The notes below the pieces were generated by a model that was not told the DNA's origin, ran no database searches, and saw only the letters and a program-made list of their open reading frames with translations. Positions 45,315 to 51,409 of a stretch of DNA of 51,409 nucleotides are shown here, piece after piece; position 1 is the stretch's first letter; every line of letters begins with the position of its first letter. The stretch comes from a bacterium (GTDB lineage: Bacteria; Auribacterota; UBA3054): positions 1 through 51,409 of the forward strand of contig JAGCDY010000072.1 of assembly GCA_017650925.1 (NCBI GenBank), in the 5' to 3' direction. Position numbers and translations under genes: made by a program.

Positions 45315-46353
45315 AGACGTCAAAAAAAGTTTCGGCGCGCAGCAGATCCTTAAAGGCCTTTCCTTCGAAGTCGAGAAGGGCGAGTTCTTCTTTCTGCTCG
45401 GCTCTTCGGGCTGCGGGAAATCCACGCTTTTAAGGATCATCTCCGGCCTTACGGACCCGGACGGCGGCAGGATCTTTTTCGAGGGCGAGGACGTGACCGA
45501 AGTTCCCGCGGAAAAGCGGGGAGTGGGACTCGTCTTCCAGAATTACGCGCTCTGGCCGCACATGACGGTCTACGACAACGTGGCCTTCGGACTGCAGGTC
45601 AAAAAGCTTGGCAAGGACGAAGTTAAAAGCAAGGTCGCGAAAGTCCTGAAGGACGTAAGGCTGGAAGGGTTGGAAAAACGCTATCCCGCCGAATTGAGCG
45701 GCGGCCAGCAGCAGAGGGTGGCCCTTGCCAGGGCGCTCGTCATTGAGCCTAAGCTCGTGCTGCTCGACGAACCGCTCTCAAACCTGGACGCCAATCTTAG
45801 GCTCGAGATGCGCTCCGAATTAAGGCGCATCCACAAAGAGCTCGGACTGACCATGATCTACGTCACGCACGATCAGAAGGAGGCGCTGTCGCTGGCCGAC
45901 AGGGTCGCCCTTATGCACGAAGGAAAGCTGGAGCAGCTGGGCAGTCCGACGGAGCTTTACAGAAGGCCTGCCAGCAAATTCGCCGCGGGCTTTCTTGGCG
46001 AGACGAATTTTCTGAAAGGGAAGGCCCTGAGTAAGAAAGAGACCGCTTGGGAAATAGAAACGCCCTGGGGCGTCTCCGAAATCGACTTTGACCAGGCCGT
46101 AGGCTTGGAAGAGGGGAAGGAGATCACGATAAGCATCCGTCCCGAAGATCTGGTCTTGTCCGGCAATGAGAATGCTCCGCGCTTTTTGGCAAAGGTGAAA
46201 GAAAACAATTTCCTCGGCGACACCACCCAGCTCGTTCTGGAAGCGAAGGGAGGCACACTTCTTCTGGAAACGCTCTCCGCGTCTGACCTCAAAGTTGGCG
46301 AAGAGATAAAGGTTTGGCCAAAAGAAAAGGACATCATGGTCTACGGGGAATAA
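45298..46353 (+). CDS. ABC importer ATP-binding protein (FbpC/PotA-like)
   Basis: Walker A is GSSGCGKST, the signature is LSGGQQQR and Walker B is LLLDEP. A C-terminal TOBE-like domain is present. The start is chosen at MSLRLEDV, preceded by GAGGAAAAAA. Confidence 0.85.
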   Translation: MSLRLEDVKKSFGAQQILKGLSFEVEKGEFFFLLGSSGCGKSTLLRIISGLTDPDGGRIFFEGEDVTEVPAEKRGVGLVFQNYALWPHMTVYDNVAFGLQVKKLGKDEVKSKVAKVLKDVRLEGLEKRYPAELSGGQQQRVALARALVIEPKLVLLDEPLSNLDANLRLEMRSELRRIHKELGLTMIYVTHDQKEALSLADRVALMHEGKLEQLGSPTELYRRPASKFAAGFLGETNFLKGKALSKKETAWEIETPWGVSEIDFDQAVGLEEGKEITISIRPEDLVLSGNENAPRFLAKVKENNFLGDTTQLVLEAKGGTLLLETLSASDLKVGEEIKVWPKEKDIMVYGE

Positions 46354-46354
46354 G

Positions 46355-48019
46355 ATGCGCAAAGCGCCCTTTTATGTTTTCGTTTCAGTTTTAGCGCTCT
46401 TCTTTTTCGCTTTCCTGATCTTTCCCCTGTTCGGGATCTTGAAGTCTTCAGTCTGGGACGGAGAGCATTTTACCTTCGCTTACCTTGCGGCGGTCTTCCA
46501 GAACCAGAGCATCAGGGCTTCCTTTTTAAACAGCCTTTTCATCGGCGTTGCCGTAACGATCCTCACGACTTTTATAAGCTTGCCTTTGGCTTATTTTTTC
46601 ACCAGGACGACCTTCCCTCTGCAGCGGCTTTTTCAGGGGCTCGTGCTTCTGCCGATGATCATGCCGCCTTTTGTGGGCGCGCTGGGAATGCGCTACCTTT
46701 TCGCGCGCTGCGGTTCCGTCAATATGCTTCTGGGAACGGATATCGACTGGCTGGGCGGCGGGGGACTCTTCGGCGTAGTGCTTTTGGAAGCGCTGCACCT
46801 TTACCCCATCATGTACCTTAACGTGACGGCTTCCCTTGCCAGCCTTGACGAATCGCTCTTAGAGTCGGCGAGGATGACGGGCGCCAAACCTCTGACCATC
46901 TGGCGCAAGATAATTCTTCCGCTCTTTCTGCCGGGCTATTTCGCGGGCGCCATACTAGTCTTCATCTGGGCTTTCACGGATCTGGGAACGCCTTTGATCT
47001 TCGAATTCCGCAATTGCCTGGCCGTCAACATTTTCGACCGCGTGACCGACATGCACTCCAACGCCGTGGGCTACGCTCTGGTCCTCCTTATGCTTCTTGC
47101 CACCTGCGTATTCTTCCTTATCAGCAAGGCGCTTTCCAAGGATGTTAGGGTGATCTCCACTTCCAAGGGAGCGCAGGGAACGGCCGGCAAAAAGCTCTCC
47201 GCGCCCACGCTTGTTTTCGTCTATGCTTTGCTTGCGGTGATCACAGTTCTGGCGCTTCTGCCGCATATCAGCGTCATTCTCGTGGCCATATCCGACAAGT
47301 GGTTCATGTCGGTCCTGCCGGAAAGCTACACGACCCGCCATTTCGTCGGGGCTTTCACGCACAAGCTCGCCGTGTCCGGCATCCGCAACTCCCTTTTCCT
47401 TAGTTCGGCGGCCACGGCCTGCGACATAATTTTGGGCATAATGGTCGGCTATCTATTGGCCCGCAACAAAGGCTGGTGGCGCGAAGCGCTTGACGCGCTC
47501 ATCATGCTGCCTTTGGCGGTGCCGGGCATCGTTCTGGCCTTCTCTTACCTTTCCACCTTCTCAGGAACGAGATTAGACCCCCTCAAGGATCCGACCGCGC
47601 TGCTAATAATCTGCTACAGCGTAAGAAGGCTTCCCTATATAGTGCGTTCCGTCTACGCCGGCTTCCAGCACATAGGCGAGGCGATGGAAGAGGCGGGCAG
47701 AAGCCTGGGCGCCGGATTCGCCCGCGTTACGAGGGATATCACGCTCCCTCTGCTCTCTACGCACATAGCGGCCGGGGCGATCCTGACCTTCGCTTTCTGC
47801 ATGTTCGAGGTTGGCGCCACGATCCTTCTGGCGGCCAGGGAATGGGATTACCCGATATCCAAGACGATCTACACCCTCAACATGCGGTTGGGGGACGGGC
47901 CCTGCGTAGCCTCGGCCATGGGCGTCATAGGAATGGTCCTTTTAGGCGCTTGCCTTCTAATTTCCGGCGCGCTGCTTGGCAAGAAAATGGGCGAGATCTT
48001 CCGGGGTTCCTCCAACTAA
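46355..48019 (+). CDS. ABC importer permease, duplicated 6+6 TM type (FbpB/ThiP-like)
   Basis: Length is 554 aa. Two EAA-loop-like segments are present (ESARMTGAKPLTIWRKIILP and EAGRSLGAGFARVTRDITLP). Confidence 0.8.
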   Translation: MRKAPFYVFVSVLALFFFAFLIFPLFGILKSSVWDGEHFTFAYLAAVFQNQSIRASFLNSLFIGVAVTILTTFISLPLAYFFTRTTFPLQRLFQGLVLLPMIMPPFVGALGMRYLFARCGSVNMLLGTDIDWLGGGGLFGVVLLEALHLYPIMYLNVTASLASLDESLLESARMTGAKPLTIWRKIILPLFLPGYFAGAILVFIWAFTDLGTPLIFEFRNCLAVNIFDRVTDMHSNAVGYALVLLMLLATCVFFLISKALSKDVRVISTSKGAQGTAGKKLSAPTLVFVYALLAVITVLALLPHISVILVAISDKWFMSVLPESYTTRHFVGAFTHKLAVSGIRNSLFLSSAATACDIILGIMVGYLLARNKGWWREALDALIMLPLAVPGIVLAFSYLSTFSGTRLDPLKDPTALLIICYSVRRLPYIVRSVYAGFQHIGEAMEEAGRSLGAGFARVTRDITLPLLSTHIAAGAILTFAFCMFEVGATILLAAREWDYPISKTIYTLNMRLGDGPCVASAMGVIGMVLLGACLLISGALLGKKMGEIFRGSSN

Positions 48020-48041
48020 ATTAGGACCTGATTTGAATTTA

Positions 48042-48050
48042 TGGTAAAAT
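48042..48050 (+). promoter_or_regulatory. Candidate extended -10 promoter (TGGTAAAAT)
   Basis: A TGnTAAAAT motif lies 34 nt upstream of the 48084 ATG. Confidence 0.35.
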
Positions 48051-48083
48051 GATAAAGATAATCTTAAAAATCTGGAGATAAAC

Positions 48084-48854
48084 ATGAAAAACTTTTTACT
48101 TATCGTTCTTTCCCTGCTCTTTGTCCTGTCCGGCTGCAAAGCCAAGACCGCCGATGAAAACGCCCAGGCTCCCGAAGCCGTGAGCGCTGAAACGGAAGTC
48201 GCCGAGGAGACCCAATTTTCCGACGACCCCAACGAAAAGCTCCTGCAGATCTCCATGGACATCATGCAGTCTCTGAAAGACGCCCTTGAGACGGACGACT
48301 ACAAGGCTCTGAACGAGAAGATCGACGCTCTGAACGAGCAGAACGCTTCCAACGAGCTCATAAAGAAGCAGCTCCTCGGGGCCAAGTTCACTGCTCTGCT
48401 CTTCGCCGGGGATACCGAAGGGGCCGAGAAACTCATAGACTCCCTGCCCGATGACGAACTGAAAGCGCAGATCGTGGAGAAAAAGGAACAGGCCTTCTCA
48501 AAAGGCAACATCGATCTGACGAAGGCCAATCTCTGCTACCAGTTCGGACTGGAAGATAAGGGCGACACCCTCGTCGAATCCGTGATCGCGCAGGAAAAGG
48601 ACAAGACCACCCTTCAGATGGCCATGGTCCTTAAAGCCAGAAAGTTCTTCTCGAAAAAGGACATTGAAAACTTCAACAAGACTATGCAGGAAGCCATCGA
48701 CGTCGACCCCGAAAGCGAGCTTTCCAAGAATCTCTCCTCCCAGCTCACCGCCGTCAGCCAGATGTTGAAGGCCCAGGAAGAGACCGAGCAGGAAGAGACC
48801 GAACAGGAAAAGAGCGAAGAAGAGGAAGAAGCTATCAAAGAACCGGCTGAGTAA
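48084..48854 (+). CDS. Helical (TPR-like) lipoprotein with an acidic tail
   Basis: The lipobox is LFVLSGC. A C-terminal motif EAIDVDPESELSKNL is shared with the next two genes. The tail reads QEETEQEETEQEKSEEEEE. Confidence 0.6.
   Translation: MKNFLLIVLSLLFVLSGCKAKTADENAQAPEAVSAETEVAEETQFSDDPNEKLLQISMDIMQSLKDALETDDYKALNEKIDALNEQNASNELIKKQLLGAKFTALLFAGDTEGAEKLIDSLPDDELKAQIVEKKEQAFSKGNIDLTKANLCYQFGLEDKGDTLVESVIAQEKDKTTLQMAMVLKARKFFSKKDIENFNKTMQEAIDVDPESELSKNLSSQLTAVSQMLKAQEETEQEETEQEKSEEEEEAIKEPAE
48774..48818 (+). repeat. Three imperfect in-frame 15-nt tandem repeats encoding QEETE-QEETE-QEKSE
   Basis: The repeats are CAGGAAGAGACCGAG, CAGGAAGAGACCGAA and CAGGAAAAGAGCGAA. Confidence 0.7.
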
Positions 48855-48858
48855 CACT

Positions 48859-49521
48859 ATGAACAAATTTCCGTTATTGCTGCTGTCCGGACTGCTCCTG
48901 ATCCTGACAGGCTGCGCGTCCACCGGCGAATCCGGAGATGCCGAAGAAGCCAATGCCGATCTGCAGAAACTCAAAGAGCTGATGTACGAACCGGAAGAGG
49001 TGAAGCTTAACGACATCATGAAAAAGGCCGTGGAAAAGGAAGACTGGCTCGGCGCGGTTCCCAAGATCGAAGAGCTTATCACAAAAGGCTTGGCCAACGG
49101 TGACTTCGCGGAGGACTCTATTCTCTGTGAGGAAATGAGCAAAAACGAGTTCCACTGCCTCCTTATCGCGAGAAAGTACGACGAGGCCATGAAGTTCGCG
49201 GAAAGGCTTCCATATGTCCAGGAAGAGATAAAGGCGGGGAAGAATTACCGTAGCGAGAGCAATACGGTCATTTTGGAAGCGGGCACTATCGGCAAGTACG
49301 GCTCGTGGAAGAAAGCCACTGCGAAGCTGGACGCTTACCTCAAAAAGTCCGACATCACGAAAGAGGACAGGCAGAAGGTCATGTACTTCAAGGCTCTTGC
49401 CTCAAGCGAAGGCGATCCCAAAAAATGCATAAAGCTTCTGAAAGAGACCAAGGCTGTCGACCCTGAAAGCAAGATCTCGGAACTTATCGACAGCCAAATC
49501 GAGGCTATGGAAAGAAAATAA
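48859..49521 (+). CDS. Helical lipoprotein (paralogous C-terminal module)
   Basis: The lipobox is LILTGC. The C-terminal motif is KAVDPESKISELIDSQIEAMERK. Confidence 0.6.
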   Translation: MNKFPLLLLSGLLLILTGCASTGESGDAEEANADLQKLKELMYEPEEVKLNDIMKKAVEKEDWLGAVPKIEELITKGLANGDFAEDSILCEEMSKNEFHCLLIARKYDEAMKFAERLPYVQEEIKAGKNYRSESNTVILEAGTIGKYGSWKKATAKLDAYLKKSDITKEDRQKVMYFKALASSEGDPKKCIKLLKETKAVDPESKISELIDSQIEAMERK

Positions 49522-49543
49522 CAATTAATCAAGGATAAACAAT

Positions 49544-51196
49544 ATGAAATCTATTTTAGTCTTACTGGCTATGCTCCTTACTTTGACCGCTTGTCAGAAA
49601 GGGCAGGATAAGAACAAAATCGAAGTTAAAACTCCCACTCAGGAAGAAACCGCCGCTGTGGATCAGGCCGTTGAGCAGACCGAAGAGGAAGTGACCCCCG
49701 AAGAGGGAATGGTCATGCCGGAAGACGACGGCATCTGGCTCGTCAACGTCGATTTCGCCAAGAAGATCGCGAAGGAAAAAGACCTGAAGATCCTCTTCTT
49801 CTTCACCGGCTCCGACTGGTGCGGCTGGTGCCAGCGCCTGCACAAGGAAGTATTGGACGATGAAAATTTCCAGCAGGAGCTGGTCAAGACTTTCGTGCCC
49901 GTAAAGCTGGATTTCCCCAGCAAGATCAAGTTCCCCGAAGCGGTCAACAACAGCTACCGCGCCGAGATGAAGCGCTACAACGTCAGGGGCTTCCCGACCC
50001 TCGTTTTGACGGACGCGGACGGCAACGCTTTCGCTACCTGCGGCTACCAGCAAGGCGGCCCGGAGCCCTATCTGGAACTTCTGAAAGAGCTCGTGGACGG
50101 CAAAGCTGAGCTCGACGCCAAGGCGGCCGAAACAAAGAACGGCGACGCTGCCGCGGGACTTGAACTCTACAAGGCTCTCGAAGAGTACTCCGAAAGATTC
50201 AAGGACGCCCCCTGCGTAAAGGAAGGCTTGAAGCCGTACTACGACATCTGCCGTGAAAAGTGCCCGGAAGTCTCCAGGACGCTTGAAAGGGCGGAAAAGG
50301 TCAAGGCCCGCCTCGACGAGCTCGACGAGCAGTACAAGCTGGGCGAAGGATACGATCCCTCCGAAGCGAATCCGGAGCTGGTCGCTCAGGCCGCGGCTGA
50401 TTACAAGGCCGTGATAGATTCTTTCAAGCTCGAAGGCGAAATGAAGCAGGAAGTCCTTTTGAAGATCGCTTTCGCCTACGCCGTCATCCAGGAGGATGAA
50501 AAGGTCCAGGAATACGTCGACCAGGCTGTCGAGGCCGCTCCGGAATCCGAACTGGCCATGAGGATCAAGGCGGACCGCGACGCCCAGGCTATCGGGGATC
50601 TGATGGAGGAAACCAGACAGCTTATCGTGGACGACAAAAAGGACGAAGCCTTAAAAGCCATCGACGAGCGTCTCGCCAACGAAGAAGACATGAACAACAA
50701 GATCATGCTGACCAGCATGAAGGCCGAGATCATGGTCTTCTTCAACGACATCGAAGGCGCCAAGGAAAATTTCCAGAGCTGCATGGACATGTGCGGCAAC
50801 GAAGAGGCCAAAGAACAGTTCAAGGTCTGCCTCGAAGAGCTCGATCCCTTCGGCGTGGCTTTGACCCAATCCCGTCTTTTCATCATGCGTGAAGACGCCG
50901 ACGGCGCCGTCGCGGCCATTGAAAAAGCCATCGAGGAATTCAAACCGGAGGGCGCCAAGCTTCAGGAAGCCCGAATCGTTCAGGCTCAGTACTGCGCCCA
51001 GTCCGGCAAGCAGGCCGAGTTCACGGATTACATGAAGAAAGCCGTCGAGGCCGATCCCGAGAGCGAGCAGGGCAAAGCCATAAGCGAGGAGCTCGAGAGA
51101 ATGGAAAGGGTGCAGGCTCAGATCCAGGCGCAGCTGAAAGCTCAGAAAGCGACGGCTGACGACAATGCTGAAGAAGAGTCCGAAAAGACCGAATGA
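49544..51196 (+). CDS. Lipoprotein with an N-terminal thioredoxin-fold domain (WCGWC) and C-terminal TPR-like helical repeats
   Basis: The lipobox is LTLTAC. A thioredoxin_7-like segment is present (ILFFFTGSDWCGWCQRLHKEVL...VRGFPTLVLTDADGN). Two copies of the AVEA(A/D)PESE motif occur. Confidence 0.7.
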   Translation: MKSILVLLAMLLTLTACQKGQDKNKIEVKTPTQEETAAVDQAVEQTEEEVTPEEGMVMPEDDGIWLVNVDFAKKIAKEKDLKILFFFTGSDWCGWCQRLHKEVLDDENFQQELVKTFVPVKLDFPSKIKFPEAVNNSYRAEMKRYNVRGFPTLVLTDADGNAFATCGYQQGGPEPYLELLKELVDGKAELDAKAAETKNGDAAAGLELYKALEEYSERFKDAPCVKEGLKPYYDICREKCPEVSRTLERAEKVKARLDELDEQYKLGEGYDPSEANPELVAQAAADYKAVIDSFKLEGEMKQEVLLKIAFAYAVIQEDEKVQEYVDQAVEAAPESELAMRIKADRDAQAIGDLMEETRQLIVDDKKDEALKAIDERLANEEDMNNKIMLTSMKAEIMVFFNDIEGAKENFQSCMDMCGNEEAKEQFKVCLEELDPFGVALTQSRLFIMREDADGAVAAIEKAIEEFKPEGAKLQEARIVQAQYCAQSGKQAEFTDYMKKAVEADPESEQGKAISEELERMERVQAQIQAQLKAQKATADDNAEEESEKTE

Positions 51197-51409
51197 CGTC
51201 TCCTAGGAAAATTGAGCTTCCCCTTACTAAGGATATTGCGGGAGATCTTAGAGCCGGAGAGTATGTTCTGCTCTCCGGCACTTTATACACCGCAAGGGAC
51301 GCCGCTCACAAAAGGCTCGTCGAAGCCTTGGAGAGAGGCGAACAGCTTCCTTTCCCCCCGGAAGGGGCGACCATCTATTACACCGGCCCGACGCCGGCCC
51401 CTCCCGGGC
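51193..51409 (+). CDS. Fe-S hydro-lyase beta subunit (class I fumarate/tartrate dehydratase C-terminal-domain type), 3' truncated by the window edge
   Basis: Manual translation gives MTSPRKIELPLTKDIAGDLRAGEYVLLSGTLYTARDAAHKRLVEALERGEQLPFPPEGATIYYTGPTPAPPG, which matches the beta-subunit N-terminus pattern. There is an ATGA overlap with the upstream stop. It is absent from the ORF track because no stop lies within the window. Confidence 0.7.
   Translation, partial: MTSPRKIELPLTKDIAGDLRAGEYVLLSGTLYTARDAAHKRLVEALERGEQLPFPPEGATIYYTGPTPAPPG

Noticed and set aside
48774-48818. A short tandem repeat that could have been a CRISPR-like or VNTR element.
   Set aside because: There are only three imperfect 15-nt units. 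They are in frame inside a CDS and encode an acidic low-complexity tail. There are no spacers. No CRISPR array exists anywhere in the window.

Overview
This is a 51.4-kb chromosomal segment, densely coding and fairly GC-rich, from a diderm bacterium that is probably an anaerobe and a glycan degrader. The gene content resembles PVC-superphylum genomes such as Lentisphaerota or Kiritimatiellota: PEP-CTERM proteins, an expanded FGE/SUMF1-like family, LptD, the [FeFe]-hydrogenase maturase HydE, sialate O-acetylesterases, GH63-like hydrolases and many TPR lipoproteins. That taxonomic placement is inference only, because no search could be run. About 46 protein genes are supported.

The left part (1-22.9 kb) is mostly on the minus strand. 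It holds the secA 3' end, a sirtuin, rpsD, an operon of two FGE-like genes around a PEP-CTERM gene, an MFP-RND efflux pair translationally coupled to a sialate O-acetylesterase, a complete trpEGDCFBA operon, and a WYL regulator.

The right part (23.2-51.4 kb) is almost entirely on the plus strand. It holds lptD, a glycan-esterase/hydrolase cluster, yhaM, mnmA, panB, TPR and LysM lipoproteins, pgi, cdaA, an EPS priming transferase, coaX, an ABC importer, three paralogous lipoproteins and the start of a fumarase beta subunit. Only hydE and guaA lie on the minus strand here.

I recognised no rRNA, tRNA, CRISPR array, transposase, integrase or phage gene.

The most notable observations are:
1. hydE is bracketed precisely by two inverted, about 96 % identical copies of a roughly 110-nt palindromic terminator-like element.
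2. A WWW leader peptide with a terminator/antiterminator attenuator lies in front of trpE.
3. One protein carries a complete PEP-CTERM sorting signal in its middle. It fuses the two gene types that are adjacent but separate at 2.4-4.6 kb.
4. Phased DnaA-box-like 9-mers sit in the divergent intergenic region where gene orientation flips, making it a candidate oriC.
5. The GuaA glutamine-amidotransferase domain is vestigial.
6. A TGnTA(A/G)AAT extended -10 motif recurs in front of most transcription units.

No obvious defence or toxin system was found. The novelty candidates are regulatory or architectural rather than a clear multi-gene system.
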